Below are positions 12,781 to 26,818 of a stretch of 64,000 nt of DNA, one piece after another. Within the stretch, counting starts at the first letter, position 1. The number at the start of each line of letters is the position of its first letter. The notes below the pieces were generated by a model that was given only the letters and a program-made list of their open reading frames with translations, made no database searches and had not been told where the DNA came from. Source of the stretch: Chrysomallon squamiferum (lineage: Eukaryota; Animalia; Mollusca); the NCBI GenBank assembly GCA_012295275.1, contig CM022668.1, positions 14,570,001 through 14,634,000 on the forward strand, in the 5' to 3' direction. Position numbers and translations under genes: made by a program.

Positions 12781-14733
12781 ATATAATTAAATAAATATCA
12801 TGAAGTATTACATATTATCCATTATCAAAGAAAATATCTGTGTGTGGGGGGGGGTTGTATATAAATTCAGAAACAAAACATTAAAATAAAAACATAAATC
12901 TACATTAAGAGCGATAACAACGAGAATAGCAGGCCAAGAATAAAGTAATAACAACCAACAAGAACAAAATAGATAAATAAATAAATAAAAATACAATAGA
13001 ATTAACTAAAATAAAATAAAAAAGTGTGTACATTAACACGCTCACGACGAGAATTCGTGACAAAAAAATACAAAAGAGAAGAATTAGGTTATCTCCCTTG
13101 AAATTTTATTATTGTAAGCGTTTAATTTCGCCCTCCTAGTCGGAGCATCTGTTTTTATTATTCATCATATATGTATATGCAGAATTAATGATATACTGGT
13201 GAGTGTATTAGTACTAGGGCCTACTTCTCCATAATTATTTTTACAATTTTAAACTTCTGATGTCCTGATATAAAGTATGAAACCGCGGATTTTTAACGTT
13301 CCTAGCACTGAAAATCAGATTTCGAAGAAATACATTTTTTCTCAGGACAAGAAGTATCTTCCAAACCTTTTAAAAAACAACAATAAGTAATCTATATTGA
13401 CATAAAATAATATATTACATAAACAGATCTTTACATGTTGACACGTTATATTATAAAAAAAATTCTAGTAAATTTGTGCAAATTAGAAAAATGTAGTTAT
13501 TTTGTTTTTCCAAATAGATATTCAGAATTACACACATTTTCATTTGTAACTAAAGTACTAGTCTATTTTAGAAAAAGGAAGCATTCGTTTCTCTGTAACT
13601 GAATAGTTGATGTATTTTTCAAACAGAACCTTTTCCTTTCTATGTAACCAAAATACTGATGATTTTTGAAGGAAAGGGCGTTTGTTTCTATATATTTGAA
13701 ATGTAGTATGTTTTAGTTATACGCTCTGTGCTTTGTATAAATGTATGTAGTTGTGTACTCGCATATGTTGTGGTTGTCTGGATGGCTAAACATAATTATA
13801 GATCAAAGACTCATATAACATAAGACATTTGGTCCCTGTTATCATCAAAGAACAAAATGAAAATTAAGAGACTAATTAGATGACGTGAAAAACAATGTGG
13901 GACCGAGAAGAAAGAAATAATAGTTAATAAAACCGTTAAGCGTTATAGAAACTGTGTTAAGCGTAAATTACTATTTTCTGGGAAATAGGTTATCTCTCAC
14001 CAATATATATATTTTTTCTTTCCTTTCCCTTCATTATTAAAGCTATGTTACCAGATATAAGGGAATTTTACAATATTTTATTATTGCATTCACTAGCAAT
14101 CTGTTACTAGTGCAGTAAGATTTTCTGTCTGTGGGGTTAGCGAGCTATCTTATTATTACTTTACCTGTTTTCTTCTTTTCCTTTCTTGCGCCTCACACAC
14201 ACGCACACTAACATTACAAACAAACACACACAGTACCTCCTCTTTCTCATATTCTTAGTACTAAGACGTTGTTTCGGAGAAATACGGTCACATCATGAAT
14301 AGAAGTAACGTGTTTTCCATTATACTAAACAACAAAGATTAGTATGTTGTGTTTGTCGTCAAGGAGACATGATAAACAGTTTTACAATTTTAGACTTGGG
14401 GTGTTCTCATATAAAGTATGAACTAGAACTGAAAAGCAGATTCCGGAGAAATACATTTTTCCTCAGGAACAGAAGTGTCTTGCCAAACCTTTTATAAAGC
14501 AACAATAAGTAATCTATATTCACACAGAATAATATACTAGATAAACAGATCTTTGCATGTGGACACGTTATCAAATGTTACATATCAATGCATTTGTAAA
14601 GAACTAAACAATATATTAATTCCACGTACGCACCGTATATTGTCAGTGAGGTCTCAGATAACAGTCAGATATAAAGACGAGTTTGTTCTTTAACTTCTCG
14701 GAGGTGACACGTTCTTGTTGAGAATCACGTTTC

Positions 14734-14737
<4 letters not shown>

Positions 14738-14825
<88 letters not shown>
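14738..14825. repeat. (CT)n microsatellite
   Basis: Directly visible; a paralogous tract with the same right flank is at 30843-30910. Confidence 0.95.
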
Positions 14826-14828
<3 letters not shown>

Positions 14829-15314
14829 GTTAATTGTGAAAGAAGTCAAACGCTCAACGCGCTTCACTGAAATTAGTATATAGGAATCTTCTTCGATGCG
14901 AGATAAGCTAAGGATCAGTTAAACTTTATAAAAAATAAATTGAGGGTAAATTTCTTTAAAATTCTGACTCACTATCACGGATGGGCCGAACGACAGAGGG
15001 CCACCTCCCAATCTCAATATTTCTGTTGGTCAAAACTGTCAAAACTTTCAAACTTTTCCAAATATTGACATTTGTTTACGTATTTACTTGTCAATTCTCG
15101 TCACAAACTGTTCTGGAGAGAGGTCTTTTTCTGCTCTTAAACGTGATCCACACTGAAACATAGCAGAATATAACAGTATTAATTAGAGCTCAACATTTTA
15201 CTGGAAATGGGAATTACACAAAATAATTAGAATCAGAATATTTAATATTACAAAAAGAAATCGTTATTTACTTCCATATATGGTTATGATTAATATTTTA
15301 AAAAGATGGATACG

Positions 15315-15600
15315 CACACACAAACATACACACACACTAACATTACAAACAAAGAAAGACACACACACAAACACTAACACTACAAACACATACTCACATA
15401 CTAACATTACACACAAAGACACACACATACATACACACACACTAACATTACAAAGACACACAAACACATACTAACATTACACACACACATGCATACACAC
15501 TAACATTACAAAGACACACAGACACACATACTAACATTACACACAAAGAAAGACACACACAGACACTCATACACACTAACATTACAAACAACCACACACG
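15315..15600. repeat. CA-rich minisatellite with CTAACATTACA core
   Basis: About 8 repeats of ACACACTAACATTACA separated by (CA)-rich spacers. Confidence 0.85.
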
Positions 15601-18163
15601 ATACCTCCTCTTTGTCTTATTCTCAGTACTAACACTCTGTTACGGTGACATACTGTGACCTCATGAACAGAAATGGCTTGCCACCCATTATACTAAACAA
15701 CAAAGATTAGTGTGTTGTGTTTGTCGTCAAGGAGATATGATAAACTAATTTTAGCTGAACTAAAGTTCCTTTTGTGATTTTATTACGCTGGGAAAAAGAT
15801 GATATGTTGATTCGAAAAGACGCTTTAAATTTAATTAAATTGTAAATAATAAAGTAAGAAATAAATTAATTGATTAATGAACATAGTACAAAAATATTTG
15901 AAGTTGATATAAAAAATTCACAAGTCGACTTTCCTTTCTTCTCTTTGTTTCTGTTAGGATTTAAATTTATTCTATAATGAAATCTCATACTTAAATATTT
16001 CAAAACATTTAAGTGACAAAAATTATCAGCTTTAATTTATTTGTATTTTTTTATAAATTAAAATTATTCTCAGATCTCGTTTCATTATATATAACTGATT
16101 TGATCAATATAAACTACTTTCTATATCGATATGCAGATTTTCAGATAGATTAGATGGCTGTATTAGTACTAGGGCCTACTTCTCCATAAATAGTTTTACA
16201 ATTTTTTTTACTTGGGATGACCTGATATAAACTATGAAACCACGGCTTTTTAACGTTCCTAGAACTGAAAAGCAGATTTCGAAGAAATACATTAAATTGC
16301 AAAATTATCACTTGAATTTTGTTTCTCTTTTTCATAAATTAAAATAACACTCGGATCTATTTTAATTATACATAAATGGATTTATCAATATAAACGACTT
16401 TCTATATGCATATACAAATTTTCAGGTAGTTAGATGAATGTATCAGTGGTAGGACCTACTTCTCCTTAAATAGTTTTGCGATTTTAGACTTAAGTACGAA
16501 CACCACGATTTTTTCATGTTCCTAGCACTGAAGTTCAGATTCCGGAGAAATACATTTTTCCTCAGGAGCATAAGAGTCTTGCCAAATATTTTATAAAGCA
16601 ACACTAAGTAAACTATATTCACAAAGAATAATATATTAGATAAACAGATCTTTACATGTGGTCACGTTATCAGATGTTACATATCAATGCATTTGTAAAG
16701 AACTAAACAATATATTAATTCCACGTACGCACGGTATATTGTCAGTGAGGTCTCAGATAACAGTCAAATACAAAGATGAGTTTGTCTATTACTTCTCAGA
16801 GGTTCATGCTGAGAATGACATTTAACAATATTTTGACCGAATTTACATCAGATTTGCATGACGATTGTTTTACTTATATTATTTTATATTATTTACTTTA
16901 TTATTTTATTTGTTTAATTTAAAAAAAAAAAATTAAAATACTTTCTTCTTATTATTTTTTTTAATTATTATTATTTATTTTTTCTTTATGATGTAATAGT
17001 CTAATACACCAGTATCTTTCGAAATAAATATTCAGAATTGCACACATTTTAATTTGTAACTGAAATATTAATATATTTAAGAAAACGAAGCTTTCATTTC
17101 TCTGTTCACCAAAATGCAGATTCATGTTTAAAAGAAATGTATTTAAACTGTATTATGTTTTATTTATACGCTCTGTGGTCTGTATGAATATATGCTGTGG
17201 TGTATTCGTATGTCTCGTGTGTGTCTGCATGGCCGAAGAAATATTCTTATTGATCAAAAGTGTTTATAACATAAAACGTTTGTTCCATGTTATAATAAAT
17301 CAACAAAACGAAATTAACAGACTAATTGTATTACGTCCAAACAATGTGTGGACTCCAGATGTAAAAACTAATAGTTAATCAAGCAGTTAATCGGTGTAGA
17401 AACTCCGTCGAGTGTTAATTGCTATTTTCGGAGAAATACATTTTCTCTTAGTAATAAAAATATTTTTCTTCAGCATGTTATCCGCGCTATATTATCCCTA
17501 AGACAGACTAGACTGAAGTCTAGGGTCGGACTAATGTTTTCTTTGAGTGTGAAACGTTAATACCATGCATGTCACTGAAATTAATTTATCGGAATACTCT
17601 TTGACAGCGACACCCAAAGAAAACTTTAAACTATATAAAAAATAAATTATGGGTCAGTTTATGTGAAAGTTTGACACACTATCACGGATCGGCAGAACTG
17701 CTGAGGGTCACCTCCCAATTTTATTTTTTCTGTTAGTCAAAATTGTTAAAAATTAAACGAAGAAACTTTTTCCAAACATTTACATTTGTAATGCATTTAC
17801 TTGTCACTTCTCGTCACAAACTGTTCTGGACAGAGGTCTCTTTCTGCTTCTAAACGTGATCCACTCAGAAAGGCGATGAACTCAGTAATTTGCCGCTAAT
17901 CCATTTAGAATCATCAGTTCTCCTGATATTAAATTTTAACAATATCCTGTATCAGACTGTTGAAAGTTTAACGACAGTTGTTTTTGTTTTTTGTTTGTTT
18001 GTTTGTTTGTTTGTTTTGTTGTTGTTGTAGTTTTTGAGTACCTAGTTGTCCACATAGGCATTTCAGTATTTTTATTTACATTATAGTACCGGTGTTTGAT
18101 ATTGTTTTACTTCATTCTGATTAAAAATTATCACACAGATGATTCTGCTTACTTCTCCTTCCC

Positions 18164-18204
<41 letters not shown>

Positions 18205-19048
18205 TATTATTATTCCTATTTTGTATTTGCGTTGTCCTGAAAGAAAATATAGACTCTACGACTTTGTCACTAAAAAGCAGTTTTCGGAGAAATATATTTT
18301 TTCTTCAGGAACAGAAGTGTTTTCGCAAACGTTTTATCATTAAGCTACATACACAAAATAATACATTAGATAAACAAATCAAATGTTACATATCAAATCA
18401 TTTATAAAGAATAAAACAAAATATTAATTCCACTTATACACGGTGTATTGTCAATCAGACCCCTTTAACAAACGTGTGTCGCGCGTGAAAGAAATCACAG
18501 CTAACAATTTGTAAAGCTTTAAAATGTATTTCTGGTTGTTGTTGTTGTTGTTGTTTTTGTTTCGTTGAGGTTTTTTTTTATTGTTGTTGTTGTTTTCTTT
18601 CTTTTTTTTGTACCCTTCGTTACAAGGCGACAGTTCTAATTACAATTTGATCCAAGTCATGACCATCCTCTTCGACAAAACGTTGTGCCGTATCAAAAGC
18701 AAGTCAGTCAGAAATGTCCGGCAGAACATCAACCTGTAGACATGGAAAAACGGCGAACGGTAGCGAATATAACAGAAAATACTATATTTCTTACTTAGAA
18801 TCAGAATACTTAATATTACAATAACAAATAATTATTTACTGGCTTATTGTGATGTGATTAATATTTTAAATAGAGTAAATATGAGAAACGAGGGAATTTT
18901 ACAATATTATATTATTACATACACTCGGAATCTGATATTAGTGCACTAAGATTTCGGTGTGAGGAAAAGGACGAGCTGTTTTATTATTATTTTCTTCTTT
19001 TTTCTTCTTTTTCCATCTTACTCCCTCGTGGTGCCACTGAGCGCGGAC

Positions 19049-19085
<37 letters not shown>

Positions 19086-20622
19086 AATAAACACATAAAG
19101 TACCCCCCTCTTTGTCATATTCTTAGTTCTAACACGCTGTTTCGGAGAAATACGGTGACCTCATGAATAGAAATGACTTGCCAATCAGTATAGTGAACAA
19201 CAAACATTAGTGGGTTGTGTTTGTCGTCAAGGACTAATTTTGTGATAATATACGGACTCAACAAGACATTTCAAATTTAATTAAATTGTAAATGATAAAT
19301 TAGAAATAAACGAATTCATATTTTCAATAATATATAAATAATTCAAGTCGATGTAAAAAAGTCACTAGTGGAGTTTTCTTTCTTCTCCTTTGTTTTTCTA
19401 TTAGGATTTAAATTTATTCTACACTAGTATTTCATTCTGAAATAATTCACAATACTTAAATGACAAAAATTGGCAATTGAATTTTTAATTTTTAATTTTT
19501 ATTTCTTTGTAGTTGTTATAAATTACAATTACTCTCGGATCTCGTTTTATTATATAGAAATGGACTGATCAATGTAAATGATTTTGTATGTGCATATGCA
19601 GATTTTGCGATACGTAGATTATTGGACAGCTAGGCTGATAGTGAAGAGACAGCTGAGAGAGTAATCCAGTTAAGAAGAGATTAACTCTTTGAAAAATTCA
19701 TTAATACATGAATTAGTAGTAGGGCCAACTTCACCATAATTATTTTACAATCTTGGACTTGGGATGTCCTGACAGAAAATATAAATACCACGGATTAAGC
19801 AGTTTTCGGAAAAATACATTTCTCCTCAGGAACAGAAGTGTCTTGCTAAACCTTTTATAAACCAACAATAAGTGAACCGTACTGACATAAAGATATATCA
19901 GATATATCAGATATATACAGAACTAAATATGTTAAGTCAGGCATGCACCCTGTATTTTTAGTCATCGCTCAGTTGACAAAAAGAAAGGACGAGTTTATTC
20001 TTGAAATTCTCAAGTGAAACAACCTCAAATATTATTATCATTATTATTATCATCATCATCATCATCATCATCATCATTATTATTATTATTATTATTGTGT
20101 GTGTGTCTTACTATGTTTAACAGCTTAATAATATAACTACAAGAAATAAAATTGTTTAAATACAAACAAATGCAGTGATATCTAATAATCTTGTACTTTA
20201 AACCTATTGTATATTTAATACTTTTATCGTACAAATTTATTGTTGACAATGACACGTTTCAATTTGTAAGTAACTAAATTACTTGTGTATTTATGAAATA
20301 GAGACAGTCCACTGATTACAAAAAGTCCATGTTAAATGTGTTGTATTTTATACTACATGTGGTTTGTATGTATGTTTGTCTGTTTGTATACATGTTTGAA
20401 AGAACATATAGATCTAATATTGGTATAACATAACATGTTTATTACATCGGTATTCTAATTTTAATTTAAAACCCACAAAGAACACATGAATTCAAAGTAT
20501 TAGTATCTATTATGTCGCACTCTGTTTGCTCGTTGTTATTTTCAGACAGTACACCTCGTCAAATAGTTAAAAAAAAACCTTGTTACCTTGTATAGAAAAG
20601 TGGGTGGGCTATAACTAGCTAT

Positions 20623-20724
20623 ATCTGCGACGGAGACGCCCGCTGACTTGTCAGAAAGCGTGCCCGTCGCAGACGTGCTTCACAACAGCTTGCTCTGATT
20701 AGCACGTTAATTTTTTTCCTATTC
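20623..20724 (+). mobile_element. 5'-truncated non-LTR retroposon (SINE/LINE 3' end) with 14-bp TSD
   Basis: Flanked by CTATAACTAGCTAT at 20609-20622 and 20725-20738. Two hairpins inside. Paralogous positions (~27300, ~37725) lack the insert. Confidence 0.75.
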
Positions 20725-23700
20725 CTATAACTAGCTATTCTCGGAGATTACGTTTTCCTGAGGAACAGAGTTGTTTTATCAACCCTTATATAAAACAACA
20801 ACGAGTACTGCGCTGTATTTGTCGTCAAGCAGCTATCACAAACTAATTCTGTGGTGAACAGTCCGAACTGAATTCAATTCTTAGGGTAAAGACAAGATAT
20901 GGCTTCAGGTAAGTTGTTTTGAAGTTAATTTAAATGTAAGAAATAAAGTAATTAATTAATAGAAAATAATTAGCATTAAGAAAATACTTGAGGTTTATAA
21001 GAAGGGTACTAATGGAGTTTGATTACTTCTTTCTTGATTTTGAAATTTATTTCTTAATAGAAAGCTCATAATTAAACATTTCACAAGAACTGTAAACAAC
21101 CATTTTTTAAATCTTTTCTTTTAGTGTTAAATGTTAATACCATGTAGACGCGAAAGGTTTCATGCGCGTCAGTGATATTAATTAATAGGAATCCTCTTTA
21201 TACGGCAGATACACAAAAGAAATTATGGGTCAGTTTATGCAGAATTTGGTCGCACAGTCAGGGCCGAACTGATATGGTCAAACCACCAATCTTAAATGTT
21301 CAGTTGGCCAAAATTGATAAAAAATAATATACAAGAAATTTTTCCAAATATGTACTATTGTTTACATATTTACTTGTCACTTCTCGATACAAACTATTCT
21401 TTAGAGAGTTTTTTTTTTCTGCTGTTAAACGTATTAAGAATAACCTGTGGTCCACTCTGAAAGAAGAGAAGCTCAGTAATTTGAGAGGGTGAAATTCAAG
21501 CAACAATAATAAGCGATATACCACGATAATATATAAGACCTTTGCATTATCAAATGTTACATATCAGTGCGTTCTTTTACTTCTTGGAGGTGACATGTTC
21601 TTGTTGACAATAACATTTAATACTTTTTTTACATAATTTTCTGCAGATTTCCATGAAGATTGTTTTACTAATATTATTTTATTTTATTTATGTTATTATT
21701 TTATATTATTTTTATTCTTTATTTTTTTTTATTTTACATTTTTAAAAATTATTTTCTTCTTATTATTTTTTTCAATTATTATTATAATTTAATTATTTTT
21801 ATGTTTTGTATTCGTATGTGTTATGTGTGTCTACATGGATGAAGAAACATAATTATATACCAAAGGTCCACATAGCATAAAACGTTTGGTCCATATTATA
21901 AAACAACAATACGAAATTTACAGACTAATCAGATAAGGTAATAAACAATGTGTGGGCCAGAGAACTAAGAACTAATAGTTAATAAAGCCGTTAACCGTGT
22001 AGAAACTCCGTCAAGTGTAAATTGCTATTTCCTGAGAAATACGTTTTTCCCTCAGCAATAAATATATTTTCTTCATCTTTAAAACTAGGACCATATTATC
22101 CCTAAAGCTGAATAGGTTGAAGCATAGAGGCCGAACAAGAGCAGTGAGTCATGCAATTGTTTTGCGGTTTTTTCTCTTAGTATTAAATGTTAATACTTTT
22201 CAAACGACAAATAGTTCATGCACGTCACTGAAATAAATTTTATAGAAATCCTCTTTGATGCGAAAGATCCTAAGGATCCGCTATACTACAAAAAAATAGA
22301 AATTATATCTCAATTTATATGAAATTTTTACTCACTATCACAGATGGACCGAATGCCTGATGGTCACCTCCCAATCTCAGTATTTCTGTAGGACAAAACT
22401 ATCCAAATTGAAACACAAGAAACATTTCGAAACATTGACATTTGTTTTATTATTGACTTTTCACTCTCGATACAAACTGCTTTGTAGAGAATTGTTTTTC
22501 TTATCTTAACGGTATTAAGACTTACCTGTGATCCAGTCTCAAAGATGAAAAGCTCACTAATTCGGCATCAATCCATGTAAAATCGTCTGTGCACTGCAGA
22601 TTAAATACTAACAATATTCTAGACCAGACTGTAGAAAGATCAAGAAGAAAATTAAGATTTAACTGCGGTGTGTAAAAGATAATTTATATTCAACAAGACG
22701 TTTCAAATTTAATAAAATTGTAAATGATATCTTAGGAAATATACAATTTAATTAATTAATGAAAATATTTTACATAATATAAAAATATTTAAAGTTGATA
22801 TAAAAAAGTCACAAGTGGACTTTCCTTTCTTCTCTTTGTTTCTGTTAGGATTTAAATTTATTCTGTTATAAAATCTCATACTTAAATATTTCAAAAGCAG
22901 ATTTCGAAGAAATGCATTATATTGCAAAATTATCACTTGAATTTTGTTTCTCTTTTTCATAAATTAAAATAACACGCGGATCTCTTTTAATTATACATAA
23001 AAGGATTGATAAATATAAACGACTTTCTATAAGCATATACAAATTTTCAGGTAGTTAGATGAATATATTAGTAGTAGGACCTATTTCTCCTTAAACAGTT
23101 TTGCGATTTTAGACTTAAGTATGAACACCACGATTTTTTCATGTTCTTAGCACTGAAGTTCAGATTCCGGAGAAATACATTTTCCCCCAGGAACATAAGT
23201 CTTGCCAAATATTTTATAAAGCAACAATAAGTAAACTATATCACACATAATAATATGTTAGATATACAGATCTTTGCATGTGGACACGTTATCAAATGTT
23301 ACATATCAGTGCATTTATAAAGATTTAAACAATACATTAATTCTACTTATACACAGTAGAAAATATGAAAACGACGGCTTTTTCACGTGCCTAGCACAGA
23401 AAACCAGATTTCGGAGAAATATTTTTTTTTTCTCAAGAACAGAAGTTTCTTACCAAATTTTTGATAAACCAACAATAAGTAAACTATTGTCACAGAATAT
23501 TAGATGAACATATCTTTGCATGTGGACACGTTATCAACTGTTACGTATCAGTGCATTTGTAAAGAATTAAACAATATGTTAATTCCACGTATACACGGTG
23601 TATTGTCAGTGAGGTCTCAGATAACAGTTACATATAAAGACGAGTTAGTTCTTTTTCTTCTCAGAGGTGATACGTTCATGTTGAGAATGACATTTAATAA

Positions 23701-26700
23701 TATTTTGACCTCATTTACATCAGGTTTGCATGACTATTGTTTTAGTTATATTATTTTATTTTATTTACTTTATTATTTTATATTAAATTTTATTTTTTTT
23801 TTTATTTTATTTTATTTTTTTTATTTTTTTTTAAATACTTTCTTCTTATTATTATTTTTTCCTTTATAATGTAATAGTCTAATACACCAGTATATTTCCA
23901 AATAAATATTCAGTATTACACATATTTTAATTTGTAATTGAAATATTAATCTATTTAAAAAACGGAGCTTTGATTTCTCTGTTCACCAAAATGGAGATTC
24001 ATGTTTAAAAGAAAGGGCGTTTCTGTCAATATTTTTAAACTGTATTGTATTTTATTTATACGCTCTGTGGTCTGTATGAATGTATGTTGTGGTGTATTCG
24101 TATGTCTTGTGTGTGTCTGCATGGTCGAAGAAATATTCTTATAGATCAAAAGTTCTTATAACATAAAACGTTTGGTCCATGTTATCATAAAACAACAAAT
24201 CGAAATTAACAGACTAATTGGTTTACGTCCAAAACAATGTGTGGATTCCAGAAGTAAAAACTAATAGTTAATCAAGCAGTTAATCGGTGTAGAAACTACG
24301 TCGAGTGCAAATTGCTATTTTCGGAGAAATACGTTTTCTCTTAGCAATAAAAATATTTTTCATTCAGCATTAGAGCTATATTACCAGCGGTATATTATCC
24401 CTAAGACTAACTAAACTGAAGTTTAGGGTCGGACCAAGGGCAGGGAGCCGTGCAGTCTTTTTTCATTATCAAATTTTTCTTTGAGTGTGAAACGTTAATA
24501 CCATGCATGTCACTGAAATTAATTTATCGGAATCCTCTTTGACAGCGACACCCAAAGAAAACTTTAAACTATATAAAAAATAAATTATGGGTCAGTTTAT
24601 GTGAAAGTTTGACACACTATCACGGATCAGCAGAAAGGCTCAGAGTCACCTCCCAATTTTAATTTTTCTGTTAGTCAAAATTGTTAAAAATAAAACGAAG
24701 AAACTTTTTCCAAACATTTACATTTGTAATGCTTTTACTTGTCACTTCTCGTCACAAACTGTTCTGGACAGAGGTCTCTTTCTGCTTCTAAACGTGATCC
24801 ACTCAGAAAGGCGATGAACTCAGTAATTTGCCACTAATCCATTTAGAATCATCAGTTCTCCTGATATTAAATTTTAACAATATCCTGTATCAGACTGTTG
24901 AAAGTTTAACGACAATTGTTTTTGTTTTTTGTTTGTTTGTTTGTTTGCTTGTTTGTTTTGTTGTTGTTGTTGTATTTGAGTACGTAGATACCTGTGTAGG
25001 CATTTCTGTATGTTTATTTACAGCACAGTACCGGGGTTTAATATTGTTTTACTTCATTCTAATTAAAAGTTATCACACAGATGATTCTACTTAGTTCTCC
25101 TTCCCTTTTCTTTTCTTTTCTTTTTATTTCTATTTTATACTTGCATTTTCCTAATAGAAAATATAAATTCTACGACTTTGTCACTAAACACCAGTTTTCG
25201 GAGAAACATATTTTTTCTTCAGGAACAGAATTCTTTTGGCAAAAGTTTATAAGTAAACTGTATACACAAAATAGTACATTAGATAAGCACATTGCTGCAT
25301 GTGGACACGTTATCAAATGTTACATATAAATGAACTTATAAAGAATTAAACACTACATTAATTCCACTTATACATGGTCTATGGTCAGTCAGCCTCTTTA
25401 ACAAATTATTGCCGCACGTGAATGAAATCACAGCTAATAATCTGTAAAGTTTTAAAATGTATTTCTGGAGCCTTTTATTTCCTTCGTTACAAGGCAACAG
25501 TTCTAATTACAATTTCACCCAAATAAGGACTATCCTCTTCTACAAAATGTTGTGCCGCATCAAAAGCAAGGCAGCCAGAAATGTCCGACAGAACATCAAC
25601 CTGTAGACATGCAAAAATGGCGACCGAAGGCGAATAAAAAATGAAATACTATATTTCTTACTTAGATTCAGAATATTTAATAGTACAGTAAGAAATCATT
25701 ATCTACTTCCTAATGTGGATACGATTAATATTTTAAATAGAGTAAATATGAAATAGGAGGTAGTTATACATTATATTATATTATTACATACATTCCGAAT
25801 CTGTTATTAGTGCACTAAGGTTTCGATGTGAAGAAGAGGGTGGGCTGTTTTGTTATTATTTTCTTCTTTGTTCTTCTTTTTCTATCTTGCGCCCACGAAA
25901 CGCCACTGAGCGCCGATTAACACACACACACACAGAGAGAGACACACACACAATGAAACACACACTAACACTACAAACAAAGACACTCAGTATCCCTTCT
26001 TTGTCTTACTCTTAGTATTAACACGCTCTTTCGGTGAAATACGGTGACCTCATGAACAGAAGTGACTTGCCAACAATTGTACTAAACAACAAAAGATTAG
26101 TGTTGTATTTGTCGTCAAGGAGACATGATAAACTCGCTTTGTTCTGAACTGAAGTTCGTTTTGTGATTTTATTACGCTGGGAAAAAGATGATATACTGAT
26201 TCGAAAAGACCCTTTAAATTTAATTAAATAAGAAGTAAACAAATTAATTAATTAATGAAACTTTTTACATAAATAAAAATAATTGAAGTAGAAAATGTTA
26301 CTAATGGAGTTGCCTTTTTTCTCCTTCGTTTCTGTAAGGTTTCTCATAATGAAATACTTCAGAACACTTAAATGTCAAAAATTATCTCGTAAATTTTATT
26401 TCTCCTTTGTTATAAATTAAAATTACTCTAGGATGTCGTTTCATTATAAATAAATGGACTGTTGTCAAACCTGTTATAAACCAACAATAAGTAAAGTAAA
26501 TTCACAGAATAATATATTAGATAAACAGATCTTTACATGTTGACTTGTTATCAAAAGACACACATCAGTATGTTTATAAATTACTAAACAATATACTATC
26601 TCCACTTATGTACGCTGTATTTTCAGTCATCACTCATATAACAAAAAGAAAGCACGAATTTTTTCGTGCAGTTCTCAAGTGAAATACATTTCTATTGATA

Positions 26701-26783
26701 ATGACGTTTGGTAATGTTTTGACCTAATCTTCAAGAGATTAGCATGACTGTTATTTCAATTAAATCTGTTTTTTTGCTTTTAC

Positions 26784-26818
<35 letters not shown>

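Noticed and set aside
20630-20675. Hammerhead ribozyme in the hairpin insert (CTGA...GAAA)
   Set aside because: Lacks the CUGANGA core and a three-way junction; it folds as one extended hairpin.
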